NCBI RefSeq assembly: GCF_006345805.1
Contig: NC_043004.1
Span: 61,256,001-61,320,000 of the forward strand
DNA: 64,000 nt
Direction: 5' to 3'
From: Octopus sinensis
Taxonomy: Eukaryota
A model generated the notes under the pieces. That model was not told the DNA's origin and did not search any database. It saw nothing but the letters and a program-made list of their open reading frames with translations. Positions 40,010-54,817 of this stretch are shown here, piece by piece (the first letter of the stretch is position 1; the number at the start of each line of letters is the position of its first letter). The translations under genes and the position numbers were made by a program.

Positions 40010-42566
40010 TCATCATCAACAAAGTCAACATTAACCCCAAAAGCAATGTCGCCACCTATCAACGACTCTACTAATCATCATCACAATCCGCCAAACCTTC
40101 TACTAGCACGATCATCACCTGTTATCACCAACAGATCATCATGTCTACTACAGCACGATCCACGCCACACTTCTAACAATACTATAACGCATTCATTCAT
40201 ATCATCAGTGTCAACTCTATAGCGTTCGTTTCACTCTTCCCCAACTCACGAGTAGCCATCATCACCATGGATCATCCAACTATTAATAACATCACGCCAC
40301 ATGTACCCCCACGTCTACCATTATATAATAATATAATTATTACCGCTGCCAACACGCTCATATCACGTTGATTACAACAACCAAACTTGCACCAATAACG
40401 AAGCAACCGTTGTCTTTACTAAAATCATGGCGTAACTCATCCGTCACCAGCACCGACGAAGGAGATGGATTGCTTATAATAGGATGAGTACGATTTAATG
40501 TTAGGGCACCGAACTTCTTTATCGTTTTCTTCTTTTTTTTTTTAGTTTCTGTGGATCGCAACATAATTTACTAAATCAACTTGATTGTATAATTAATTAT
40601 CTTTCCTGAGATGGGGATTCAGTCTTGAAGCAATACAATTCATTTCAAACATCAAGTGGAACTGGCAGACGCTTTAGCACTTTGGGCAGGATGTTCAAAT
40701 GCATTTCTTCAAATACCTTACATTTTCAGTTCAAATTCCGCCGATATCAACTTGGTTGTTCATCCTTTCACGATCGATTAAATGAAATACCAGGTCTAGT
40801 ATTTGGGTCGATGTAATCGACATTCATACGTTCCTCAAATTACTTGCCATGTAGTAAAAATTAGGGAAAGATATTTGTAGAATTTCAGAGAAAATGGCGC
40901 AAAAATATCCACAACTTACCCTTTTTACAGTGTTAAATATGCTTTTTGAGGTCAACTAAATAATTAATTAAAAAGTCAAATGGAACGCCACACACTATTT
41001 TCAGACTCGTGGTCTTGCCGAATTAACCTTTGCCTTATCGCCTTTCTGAATCGATAAAACAAATACTAATCCAGAACAAGAAGTGTAAGGTCGTAAGACC
41101 GGAATGCCTTGCAGTATTTGTTCCGGCTTTTGCAATCTGAGTTCAATCTCCCTTGTTTCCTACAACATGATCATCTCTAAGATTTAGGACGACTACTTTT
41201 ACGGTTTGGTTATACGTTTCGCACCTCTCCCGCTTCACCCGTCACGGAGTCCCCTGCGAATGGTCCTGGGCATTCGCTCTTCGCCTGACTAAAAACGATT
41301 TTCATACATTTAGTCACTGCAATATCTAGTTCGATATTAAATACTTATAAACAACATCTTTATTTATTAGCAGAAATAATTTTTTAAAAATTTCACATGA
41401 AAAAGTAAATTATTTCAGATTTTTTAAATTATAAATTGAATTAGACACTGCATTAACAAGATGTAAAAATTACGAACAGTACGGGGTCAGTACTATTCAC
41501 ATTTCTCTATATTGCATTTGAGTTTATAAATCGCTTCGTTTCATTTAATTTAATATTCATAATTAAATATCTGAACCATTTATCTTTAGGTCTTTCTAAT
41601 ATTATGATGCTCTTGGTACTTTCAAAACCATAATATAATTTAGAATAACAGACGTATAAGCATCTTAACAATGTAAAAGTATTAAATATGAAATAATCTT
41701 TTTATAGTTTTATTTAGCTATGAACAGTTAGGTACAATATAAGGTAGGGGAGGAGAATTTACCTGTTTTATTTTCCATGAAAAAATATAGCTGTTTTGTT
41801 TATCACAATTTCGGAGTTGACATCATTAAATCCTAACTTAATTTGGAGACTTATTCAAAACGATTAAAAAGTGTTCTTCTCTACCGTCACTTGATCAAAT
41901 CAGAATGCTGGAAATATAAGCTATATCTCTCACCGACCTCAGACTACTATTTTGAAATGATGGAAAGAATCGCCCCTACCACACACAGAGTTACACACAA
42001 GCACACACGTACATGTAGATATATGATTATGTAGCTATCGCTTTCTTTGTGTATTTATGTATGTATATGTATATATATATATATATAATTTTTGTATCTA
42101 GTTCACAAGATTCCTTATGTGAATTCGTGCGCTGAAGCATATTTTATTGTGTCTGGGGAGAATCATTCTCTTTTAGTGCCTTATTATTCAACAATCTCAG
42201 CGATTCGATTTCTACTCATGTACTTATTTATTTTTCTATAAAATATATAACGCCGTGTCATAGTGCTAGTGCATGCATATACAGCTGCGTGCGTGTGCAC
42301 ATACACGCGAGTACTGTCCAAATCTCCGACCAATCACATACAGCTAGCTGGCATTCAATTGGCGTCTCAAGTTTCGGGCATTTTGATTGAGTTTTGGATA
42401 GAAAATTCACAAAAAAAGTCACTTCTATTGATTTTTTAATGGCTTTGCGGGTTGACTGGAGAAATGTAAGATGTGCACGACCACCCTTGGACGGTTTTGA
42501 ATGACCATAGATAGTGCGAGCTCTCTAACTGAAACATTGTGAATTTATATAACGGTCATGCACACA

Positions 42567-42624
<58 letters not shown>

Positions 42625-42869
42625 TTGCAGTTTATATATAGAGAGATGTCTTTAGTTCTTCATATATTTCGTTGGCTGGCTGTGTTATTTATGCTGGCAG
42701 TACAAGGCAAACAATATATACTAGGTTGGTTATGAAAAGGCCATGTATTAGTAGAATGTAAATGTGCTACTATCCTTCCTTTCCCAACCATCTGTGGGTG
42801 GGATATAGAGTTATCTAGAACTCAATAGTCATGACGTCCTATTCACCTTGCATAATCATTCCAACGTTG

Positions 42870-44495
42870 AGATCGAAAGATACAGGAAAATATTATTCGT
42901 GTTCTAAATATAGTGCAAACTGTCTCAATATAAGAGGAACATACCACAGTCAACTTCTTAGATATTACACTAGATCTAAGTACCGGCGTCTTCAAACCTT
43001 ACTATAAACCTAACGACAATCATAAATACACATAAACTACAGTAGAAATCACTCCAAATGCATAACCCAATTCATAGTCAGTAACAGTTCCATCCGCATA
43101 TCTAGACTGGGCTAACGATGTGATATTCAATCTAAACGAGCATTACTATAACACAGCATTAGCAGAAGCAGGATAGTAAAATAAATTAGTGCATAGCCCA
43201 GTGAATCCAACAAAGATAGATAAATGCCATAAGGTGTGCCATAGGATAGTAAATTACGCCACCAACATAACTGCAACAATCAGAAAAATCATCACAAGAG
43301 GATAGAGAAGGCAATAAGAAAGGAGAGGGACGGATACATAGGATAAATCCCCCAAATATGTTGTTCAGACGGTAGTAAAACAGATATAAACACGAGAGAT
43401 TCTCGGGTGTGAATACACAAAGGAAATAACGGCAGACGCCATAGTACGATGAACCTTAGAAGTTAAGTAAATTACCTCAGGCGTGCACTTATTCAATCCA
43501 CAACAAGGAAATACGATAGTAAGCGCCACACACGCACACGGACAGCTACCACAGAAAAAAGAAAGGACCTAATAACAACACAATACATAATAATATACAA
43601 AGTAATAGATATCCCAGCACTACTCTATGTTACAAATGTGGAAATCAAGAAACAAATAATATCCAACATTTCGAAGCAGTTTTACGCCGCAATCGAGAAG
43701 CACTTTCCGAAGTCTAGCAAATACCATACGCACAATGTCCGGGTCACGTTTTCCACTAGCCGTAACCTAGCTCACGTAATAGCAATACTGAACGTGTGAC
43801 GACTGTCTTTCTTCCGAAGGACCGATAAAAATAGTAAACAAGTCAAGGAAAATGAACCCATGAAAGGAAATATTGATATGCTAAAGCGGCTGACAAGGCA
43901 GGAATAAATTAATAACTGAAGTGAGTCGAGGACTAACACCAACATAACACACACTGTAGTGGAGGGTGGTAATAAAGTTAGGTCAGCAGTCAAGGGAAGA
44001 CAGCTTCAACAGAAGTCTACAACTCCACAAGACAGGGAGAGGGAATCCCTAGAAATAGTAGCCCACAAACACCTATAGATAGAAAGCTTAAGCAAAAAAT
44101 AGATCGGTGAAAATGAGAGCAGCAGAGAGATGCACGTCGTATAGCACAATAAATGATAAGAACAGGGACGTAGGTATCTGTAATTGTACTAGGAATAAAT
44201 TATGCCCCTTAAACTCTAAATTCTTGACGAAGAACTTAGTGTATAAATGCAAAACGTAGTTCTATATAGGGGCTAAACGTCAAAAACAGACTAGCTAATC
44301 ATTTAAAATCATTTAGAGATAGAAGTAAGTTAAACACCACGAGACTAAGAAATCTAGTCTGCTCCTTTAAATATAGGCACCATAGATATACTGCGGAGTG
44401 GGAGATAATTAGTACGGATAAACCGTATCGGGCAAAAGTAAATAGATCTGAGTTATATATAGATGAATCGTACGAAATCTTTACGTTGAGATACA
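42870..44495 (+). mobile_element. Old Penelope-like element remnant of a different clade (CxCx5C linker type)
   Basis: TTVNFLDITLDLSTGVFKPYYKPNDN (from 42943), HYYNTALAEAG, IEKHFPKSSK, CNCTRNKLCPLN...NLVYKC..FYIG (~44180-44275), NHLKSFRD...EWEII; multiple stops. Confidence 0.8.
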
Positions 44496-45991
44496 AAATA
44501 GTTAATAGCAGGCTGGAACAGGCCTTACGATGTTTGCATAAACATACCCAAACTTTTAAGAAATATATCGAGCGTTCTAGATAACTCAATATCCCACCCA
44601 AATTTTGGTGGGAAAGAAGGATAGAAGTACCTGCCACATACTCAACAAATACATGACCATTTCATTATCAACCTATTATATATTGTGTACTTTCTACTGC
44701 CCAGCATAATTACCACAGCCACTAAAATTTATGAAAGACTAAAACCACTACATTACATGGACTACACTTGAAAGAAAGGTTATTAAGTACGCAACAACTA
44801 CAAAAGATAACGAAGCTTGCCAAAACAGTATCATTAATTTCGATCTAATTTGATAGAAACCTGACTTCGGCCAGTAACTGCTGTCAACCCGAGATCAACC
44901 ACACAAGCTTACAAACAGATCAGATTTCAGATTCAAAACAGCCCCCATCCCTTTACTTTCTCTGAACCCTAACAAACAAAAAACTAACTATTCAGTTTGC
45001 TTCGAGTCTGGCCGAAGCTGAAACTTATGCCCAGTTGCACGTGCAACCGCTCGTACACTGTGCAGGGGAAACACGTGTCGGTCGTAATAACCATAAAAAC
45101 ATCTCGTATGAAGTTGTAAAATAAAAGGGAATACATTTTGAGGTTGATCAAGTCTCCATATTTTATATCGCTATAATTATTGCTAATATACAGTTCAGAA
45201 TATACTGCCATCTAGAGAAGCGAACACGGGATTACTAATCGGGGGTAATTCACAGCCTATGTACAACTCATAATAGTCATATTATGTAAATGGTTGACTT
45301 GAAGTAGTTTTCAATGGTATGCATAAGATTCCGTGGAAAATAGACATTTTCCCACAAAATGCTTTAAGTCTTAGAACTGCTCGTATAGCGGCAGAGTTAA
45401 CGAAATCTAGTTCATTAGAAATACCTTTGATCATTTCTGTGACACAGAACTTTCAATACAGCTTGCTGATACACCTTCATCAGTACATTTTCTCAGTAAA
45501 ATTATTTCATTGTGTTTCAGAACTTTACAGAAAATAAAACTTTAGGTGCAGAAAATTTTATTCTATAATTTTCTTGCCAAATTCATTAAAACTTATATAA
45601 TAATTACTTTCAAGCCACATATTTATTAACACTACTGTACGTCGTAGTTTACATTGAAAATCTCAAGTTTGTATGTTATAAATTTGGCATTTTCTTTTTT
45701 CACACATAGTGTCTGAAGATAAACTCGAACGAAAGTAATATGTATGAAATCAACTTTTCTTATTTCCATATTGCTAAAATCCTCTTTCTGGTCGCATGTA
45801 TTGATTTGTGTTTCAATGGAAAGTGAATAACTTATTTAGGGTTAAGTAATAAATATTGCCATGTATTGCTCAAAAATATTTTGTTTAATATAATATACAT
45901 AAAAGGGAAACACACATAAGCATTTAGAACAGCAGACGTTATAGATACGTATAACCAGTATGCAAATTCCAAAGGAACTCTGATTAAAGCA

Positions 45992-46105
<114 letters not shown>

Positions 46106-46213
46106 TATATACATACATACATACATATATATCTTTCTATAATATGTAATTTTTCTAAAAGGTATAATTTAAGTTTTCATTATTGAGTTGATAAAAGTTT
46201 TTTTTCTAATATA

Positions 46214-46286
<73 letters not shown>

Positions 46287-47755
46287 TACATATATATACA
46301 CATCTATATACATACATACACGCAACCATAGCCAGCATGTCCTCTTTATTGTCTTATTGTTCTCTCTAAGTACTATTCATTTGAGCTGAATATATTCATT
46401 TCATTATTCTGAAGCAATTGAAATCTCCTAGACGCTTATACTGAATCGGTCACAATGGCAGACTATACGTCAGCAGATGAACAAAATATGCTTCTGGTTA
46501 CTTGCAAATATAAGAAATCCTAACTTTGGGCTCTGAATCCACTGTTGTGATTGTGATGTTGATTTATTACAAGAATTTCCCTGAAAACACGATTGATTTT
46601 ATAATTGTTTCTACGAGTGGCTGAAGATTACGAGTTCGTGGCGCAAGGTATTGTTAATATAATAGGCCCAACATTTCATTGATACTTATATTACCTGCTA
46701 CAGAATGTTAAATGCAATGTCCGTCGTGTCAGTATTTGAGCTAAGAATTTAAACAAACGTAGCAAAACCCTACATAGCCGTCTTCGTCTCTTACATTGTC
46801 TTTTCCCATTCTCTATATTTATGGATGATATTAGTGGTTTCTAACATTAGCATTATTACACATATTTAAAAAGTGCATACTCGATTATATCGATCCATAA
46901 ATTGCTTTCTTATGTTATGGAAGTTGATAAGGTAGAGTAAAAGTCGACATTTCGTGAGATTTTATCTAACAATAGTAAAATAATAGATGCAAATCTATTC
47001 TGCCAATACTCTGGCCCATCACCTTTCAATGACAATTATGTTTCATTTAAGTAGAAAACCTAGGTTTTTAAGGGATAGGGGCTTAGCCGATTACGTCGCC
47101 AAAGTATTTGACTCCGGCTTGCATTTAACGCAAAACAGGAAGTACTGGAACAATTATAGCAATGCATTTTCCTCGACAGATAAATGATTCTGTCAACCAC
47201 GATCATGTCGGATTAGTCATACGTAACAATGTTTTGTAATGATATACAACATGTAAAACTAACTGGATAGCTTCTAAACCATGTTGGAATGACATTCGAC
47301 CATAGTTATATTAATTACAATTTGTCGACAAATATTTCTTCTGTCAGTTCTAGCAAATTTCAATCAGAATTATATTTCATTTCGTAATAATGTTGCTTCA
47401 TTGCAATTTTATTATCTATTTGAATATCCCATCAACGAATACATATTTTAAGTTAGGTTTTATAATATATAATTTGAAGTGCTATTAAAATTGTTTTAGC
47501 GACTTTTTCCCGTTTCCATTCAAGATCTTCATATATGTGTTTTGATCACTGGCTAGTTTAAGATAGCGATTTTCCGCAACGAACATGTACATTTTACTTC
47601 AACCGCAAGAATTTAATACTTGTTTTTGTTAATAACATCTACGTTATCTATTTGAATTTGTGAAGGAATTAGATGAATGAAATTTATAGGTTCTGAGTGT
47701 ACTTCATACCTTCGTTGACGTAAACATACATCGTATACATAGATATGCGCACATA

Positions 47756-48993
47756 TCAGGTCATGCCATAATTTTTTTCCCGATTTTACCTTTTTTAAAA
47801 TTGAATGAAATTTAATAGTAATTTAGAATGTCTAATGGAATTAAAATTTATTTTTATGCATTTGTGTACATTTAAAATAATTAAGTATTATTTTAAACAA
47901 TGATAGAAATAAAATTTATTTGATTGAAACCCTTTCTAACATGGAAGTATGCAAAAAGTATTTAAGGCACATAATGCTTTATGAGTACAAAAAGGAAACT
48001 CTGCAGCAATGCGACTCGAAACATATACCCAGTTTATGGGGGAAAATGCGTGAATGAAAGAACTTGCAGAAGATGGTTTTCAAAATTCAGAAGTGGAGAT
48101 ATCAGCCTTGAAGGTGAAGATCGAACAGGACGTCCAGTTGAGTTTGATGATAAGCCTCTTGAGGCATTACTTGCAGAAAATCCTGCATTATCAGTTGAAG
48201 AATTGGCAATAAAGCTTAGTTCAAACCATACAACTGTTTATCGTTATCTTCAACAACATGGAAAGGTTCCTAAACCTGGAAAATGGGTGCCTCGAGAATT
48301 GTCCAAAAACGATCGCAAATCCCGAGTTGACATCTGCTCCTCTCTCCATTCTTACGAATTCATTTCACCGCTTTTGGATAGACTTGTGACGGAAAATGGA
48401 TCTTCTATTGACATGTTAAACGCCGTAAACAGTGGCTTGGTAAAAGGGAATAAACTCAACCACAACCGAGAAGGGAGCTTCATGGGAAACAGGTTCTTCT
48501 CTCTATCTGGTGGGATTGCAAAGGAGTAATTGACTTTGAATTGTTACCACCTAATGCAACAACCAATGCCCAAGCTTACTGTCAGCAATTAGAGTGTTTG
48601 AACCACGTTTTGAAAAGACCCGCTTCAGTGAATCGAAAAGGAATGATGTTTCATCAGGACAATGTGCGACCCCACACTGCAAAGATCACATCACAGAAAA
48701 TCGAAGAGCTTGGTTGGGAAAAAATTCTTCATCCACCTTATTCTCCCGACCTTGCTGCTTCAGGCTACCATTTGTTTGGTAGTTTACATATTCATTTGGA
48801 GGACATAGTTTTTGCAAGTAAGAAGGAGATCGAAACAGACATTTCAGAATTCTTCGCTTTGAAACCAAAACTGTTTTAAATTGATGGAATTAAAATACTT
48901 GTAAATTGATGAAAGGAAGTCATAGAGAATCAAGAAAAGTACATTGATGGTTAAATTTCAAAATTCAAAATTCGGACAGAACTTATGGGATGA
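47756..48993 (+). mobile_element. Mariner (DD34D) transposon, full length, transposase pseudogene
   Basis: ~30 bp TIRs with a left TA. Transposase from 47941 to ~48954 has WVPREL, HQDNVRPH and HPPYSPDLA; frameshifted. Confidence 0.93.
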
Positions 48994-49136
48994 TATATAC
49001 TCATGCATACACAGGTGATCACACATAAACACACTCACACATAAATATAATTGTACACTAATGTACATGTGCACACTCATACAATGAGCTTTCAGCGATT
49101 ACTAATTACTAGACTACTACTCTCATATATGAGGTC

Positions 49137-49185
<49 letters not shown>

Positions 49186-50401
49186 GAGAGAGAAAGAAAG
49201 AGAGAGAGAGATGCAATGGGGAATATTTGTTTTGAAATCGAACTTCTCAGCTATACGAAACTACATACAACTCAAATATTCACTTGAGATTACGCTATGG
49301 TCACATTTACCTTATATCCGATCGTTGTGTATGGCCTAGCGTACCAAACATGAACTGATGGGCGGAACGATATATTTAGCTGTAGCATTCCTGATATCTA
49401 TATTTGTCTTTGTAGAAGAATTAGAAAGCTTAATATATCTTTGTAAGAAAAAGATATATTCCGATTCAGCATATTGATTTACTGCTGCTTCCTTTATTTA
49501 ATCTCAGATGATAAAAAATAAAATGTGGGCGATATGAATTATGGAAGAAGCTATTCATAATCAAGCGTCATGTTTTTTTATCTACTGTCACAAAAGTAAC
49601 ACTGCAATCAATTACTTGTGATATAACATGGCGAGTTCCAGGGATTAAGGGTGACACTTTTCTAACTCTCATCATGATAACAAATCGACTTTAGCAGTGT
49701 ATTGAATTACAGAGTGATTCCTAGATATTTCTTTCAATATGCAGCTGGATGTTTTTTTTTCCATCAAGCAACTTCAACGTGATTGACTTACATAAGAAAT
49801 CAAATATGCAGATATTACCGAAATAAATTCGAGTTGACAAATGAACATTTGCGTCGTCACTTGATTTGCTAGACACAGGCGTAAAATACCCCACAAATCA
49901 CACTATATATTTTATAAATGAATAATATATTAGAAAATACCATTCTAAAAGAAAACCCTGTTGCAAGGATAATATGTTCTGTTTAATCAATGAATATTCC
50001 GTTAGTTTAGAATGCTAACTTCATTTAATTTTTCTCCTCTGAGGTATAAGTAAAATCCCAACAATCAAACACTGATGAATGGTACCCACGAATGCAAGGT
50101 TGGTAAATGTGAACAATAATTTATATATGAGTTAATGTATACCTCTATATTAGCGAGCACAGTTCTTTCTAGAAAAGGAAATAGTCACGAGATAATGCAT
50201 TCCTCAAATGAATAGTCAGAGCTGGGTCACTTGATCCAGGGATAACCAACATTAGCTACAACATATGGGTCTACCAATGCAGACACGAAATCAAATGCTT
50301 TTAAAATACTGAAGAAAGACTAACTCTGTACTTTTTAACATTCAATATCTTCACAGAGTTTATCTTACTTATGTGGAGTCTTAAGCTAATTACAAACGAA
50401 A

Positions 50402-50633
50402 GGTGGTGAGCTGGCAGAAAAGTTAGCACGCCGGGCGAAATGTTTAGCAGTATTTCGTCTACCCCTACGTTCTGAGTTCAAATTCCGCCGAGATTGTCTT
50501 TGCCTTTCATCCTTTCGGGGTCGATTAAATAAGTACCAGTTACGCACTGGGGTCAATATAATCGACTTAATCCGTTTGTCTGTCCTTGTTTGTCCTCTCT
50601 GCATGTAGCCCCTAGTGGGAAGTAAAGAAATAA
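50402..50633 (+). mobile_element. SINE family B (Nin-like)
   Basis: Aligns with the other family B copies. Confidence 0.8.
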
Positions 50634-52324
50634 GCTAATTACTAACGAAATCGAAATTAAATTATCTAATTCGAATCAAATCCGACTAGTTTAAACGTCA
50701 TGCCTGATTATTACCGCTATTCTGATTGTCGTGACCACCATTTATATTTGCCTCGGAACAAGACTTTACACTTAAAAGTGTTTATGTGGATTTCTGAGTT
50801 TCATGCTCTTATAAACCGTTTCTAGCCTAAGTGAAGTCATCTTGTTTCAACGGAAGTTGTTATATGTTCGTTGATTCAAAACACTGGAAATTTATCATTT
50901 CCCATACAATGCTCATCTTACTTATGAATATAAATTTGAAAGTGTACAGGAAATCCATAATGAAATTTGAAATGCATGTTTTAACCTTTACTGTTTAATT
51001 GTGATTCTTCTTTCTATATGTTATCATAAATCTATTGAAAATTCTTACTAGCATTTTCTAGTGTATGCAATAGAAATAAGACAATTAATAAAACATTATC
51101 GTAAAATATTTTGATATTTTAAAGTTGACATAGATGGTAATAAAAGTTTCCTACTTTTCGAGAAGGTGAATTTAAAGGAATTATAATTTTAATCTCGACA
51201 GAGTTATATTGGCAATTGAAGATACACAGACTATAATATTCACATTTTCTTTATGTCATTTCAATATTATTTATTATCACGTATTAGAATTGTTCGTAGT
51301 ATATTTACGATCAGGCCACTGGTAATCCATTCCAATGCATAGTATAAAATTTCATACAACGGAATAACATATCTGTGTATAGATCGTAAATGCCTGACGG
51401 AAGACACGGTCGGTGGATAAAATACAATATACAATACTGAAACAATTCATATAACAAAAGTTTCAGCTTCGAATCTTTAAAGGCTGCAGAAATTTAACAA
51501 TTTGATAAATAAAGATCGATAAAATACGTACCAGGAAAGTACTGGTGTGGATATTATCAATTTAAATGGTCCACATTTACGAAGGCGGTGCCATGTAATG
51601 GTTGCAGTCTGAAGATAAAAACCATTCAATGAATAAAATTATTTGAGTGTGTAATGCTTCAACTGCTTTATATAAAATACGAGATGCCAGATGAAATCTC
51701 TTATCGATCTTCTATAATGCAAACATTGTATAAATATTTTAATAAAGTTCTGTAAATAAATGATACACTCAATAGGAATTACTGAGCCGAAAGTTTTCGA
51801 TGATAAATTATAAACATTTGGGTGATTGGAGTTGAAAGAGTTGGAAGAGTTATTAGAGACAGAATATTTTTCAAAGGATGTCAAGGCACACTTTGTTTGG
51901 ATCCTGTTAAATCAATTTTGTCTTTCATGAGGCTAAACTTAATAAATAAAGTACCAATCAAGTATAGGATTAGTTTCTTCTCTTTCTGTCTTCGAATAGG
52001 TTAGATGCACCTTGTGTTGATCAACTGGAGATCAATCTAAAAATATACTTCTTCAGAAATATAAAAACAATGTTAAACAAAAAGCTAATAACCTATTTCA
52101 TTTTAAAAGACGTGGGTACAATGAGATTAAAGATTATCCGACGTGTAAAGATTATCCGACGTCCAGCACTGAAGGTATAAAAATTACATTTGTTTAAATG
52201 TTGAGCCGAACGACCACATAGTGTAAGCATGGAAGCTACTTTCTTTACATCTAACTCGCTTCCCACACGAAATCTTTCATTGTTTGTAACATCTAAACAT
52301 ATGTTGTATAAAGATCCTGATATA

Positions 52325-53189
52325 CGAGGGGGTACCCAAATGTAACCAGAAACGTTTTCTGTAGGACAAGCATGTTGCAACTCAAGATTCCGCTGCTGAA
52401 TCAACTTGATGCAATCCTCAGGCATCAGTCTGCCGACCGGTGATGTCCAATGAAATCGTACTACCAAGTGGTACAATTTTGCTTTACAGCGCTTCTCCCC
52501 TGTTCGTCCATTATTGCGATAACTGAAACGAAGGAAGAACGTGCTTCCGTGAAATTCTGTTTTCTGCGGGGGAAACGGCGGCCGAAATGATTGTTATACT
52601 TCAAACAGCTTACAAGAGCGCTGCCATGAGCATAACATGCTTTAGGAACGGTTACTTGTTATTTGAAGACCAAACACGTCGACCTCACGAACGAATGAAA
52701 ACATCATGCAAATTCATGAACTGATCTTGGAGAACCACTACCGAAGAACTGACGAACTTTTTGATATGACTGGTGTGTGCTGGAGTACCTGACCAAGAAT
52801 TTTGAGCGAGGAATTGCGAATGAAAAGAGTTGCAGCAAAATTTGTGCCTCGCTTCCTCACGGAAGATAAAAAGCAGTGATGACTAAATGCGTGTTGCGGA
52901 CTGAAAGGACATTTGGAATTTGATCCGGACCTTCTTTCGAAGGTCATCACTGGTGACGAAAGCTGGTGCTATGGGATTTGCAGACGTGGAAGCGGTAAGG
53001 AAGAAAACGACGGAGGCGTTAAAAGGCATCGCTTCGCAAGAGTTCCAGCACTGCTTCCAAAAGTGGAAAACGCGTCTGGATCGATGCAATGCTTTAAATG
53101 TAGAATACTTACAAGGCGATAAAAGTGTAAATATATAAAAGTAAGTAAATAATAGTTCAAAATGCTGGTTTCTTTTGGGTATCACTTCG
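52325..53189 (+). mobile_element. Internally deleted mariner of a second subfamily (TA-CGAGGG TIR, irritans-like)
   Basis: TIR CGAGGGGGTACCCAAATGTAACCAG / CTGGTTTCTTTTGGGTATCACTTCG. Peptides AAKFVPRFLT and KVITGDESWCYG are joined directly to the C-terminal FADVEAVRKKTT...FQKWKTRLDRC. Confidence 0.85.
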
Positions 53190-53545
53190 TGCTAAATCTT
53201 ATTCATATTGCAAAGAACGTTTTGACATACGAATTGCTCAGTTTTTTAATGACTGATAATGCTATAGTTAAATTATCAACGTATTATTGTGCAAAAGAGT
53301 TGACACTTAGCAAACGTTTTAAAAGTAACGAAAACATGTACAAAACTGTACGCTATTACACAATTGATAAATAACGCTCTTACACAATTGATAAAGTTTT
53401 GGTATATTACTCACTAAATGTTTATTTTACGAGTAAAATATTCATTTTGTGAGTAATATACCGAAACTGTGGAGATAGAGTACCGAGTCTGAAATCATTA
53501 TCCACGTCAGGAAGACATTTGATAATTTATAAAGTTAAACATCTA

Positions 53546-54817
53546 TCAGGTCATCCTATAAGTTCTGTCCGAATTTTGAATAAAGAAAATAAGTGATCAA
53601 ATGTTATATTTAATTGGAATTTGATCATCAATGTACTTTTTCTGATTATCTATGAATTCCTTCCATCTAATTACAAGTTATTTTTACTCCATCAATGTAA
53701 AACTCTGAAATGTCAGTTTCGACTTCCGCCTGAATTGCGAAAGTTTTGTCCCCTAAATGATTCTGTAAACTACGAAACAAATGGTAGTCTGAAGGAGCAA
53801 GGTCGGGAGAATAAGATATATGAGGAATTTTCTTTCCCAACCAAGCTCTTCGATTTTCTATGATGTGATTTTGCAGTGTGGGGTGGCGCATTGACCTGAT
53901 GAAACATCACTCCCTTTCGATTCACTGAAGCAGGTCTTTTTTTCTTCAAGGCTTGGTTTAAACGCTCTAATTGCTGACAGCAGACTTGAGCATTGATTGT
54001 TGCATTAGGTGGTACCAATTCAAAGTGAATTACTCCTTTGCAATACCACACAATTCAAAGTGAATTATACCTTTGCAAGTGAACAACCTTTTCCCCATGA
54101 AGCTCCCTTCTCGGTTGTGGTTGAGTTTTTTCCCTTTTACCAAGCCACTGTTTACGACGTTTAACATTTCGATAGAAGATCCATTTTTCGTTACAAGTCT
54201 ATCCAAAAAGGGTGAAATGAATTCGCGCAAATGGAGAGAGGAGCAGATTTCAACTCGGGATTTGCGATCGCTTTCGGACAATTCTCGAGGCACCCATTTC
54301 CCAAGTTCAGGAATCTTCCCAAGTTGATGAAGATAACGATGAACTGTTATATGGTTTGAACTAAGCTTTATTGCCAATTCTTCAACTGATAATGCAGATT
54401 TTCTTCAAGTAATGCCTGAAGGAGCTTATCATCAAACTCAACTGGACGTCCTGTTCGATCCTCATCTTCAAGCTGAAATCTCCACTTCTGAATTTTGAAA
54501 AACATCTGCAAATTCTTTCATTCAAGCAGTCTTTCCCATAAACTGGGTGTATGTCACAAGTGGCTTCGGCTGCAGAGTTTCTTTTTTGTACTCAAAAAGC
54601 ATTATGTGCCTTAAATGCTTTTTGGATACTTCCATGTTAGAAAGGGGTTCAATCAAAGAAATTTTAATTCTATTATTCTGTAAAATAATACTTAATTAGT
54701 TTAAATGTACACAAATGCATAAAAATAAATTTTAATTCCATTAGACATAAAATACTATTAAATTTCATTCAATTAAAAAGAAAGGTAAAATCGGACAGAA
54801 CTTATGCGATGGCCTGT
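53546..54817 (-). mobile_element. Mariner transposon, same family as 47756-48993, opposite orientation
   Basis: TIR TCAGGTCATCCTATAAGTTCTGTCCGAATTTT with TA flanks; WVPREL, HQVNAPPH and YSPDLAPSDYHLF. Confidence 0.93.
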
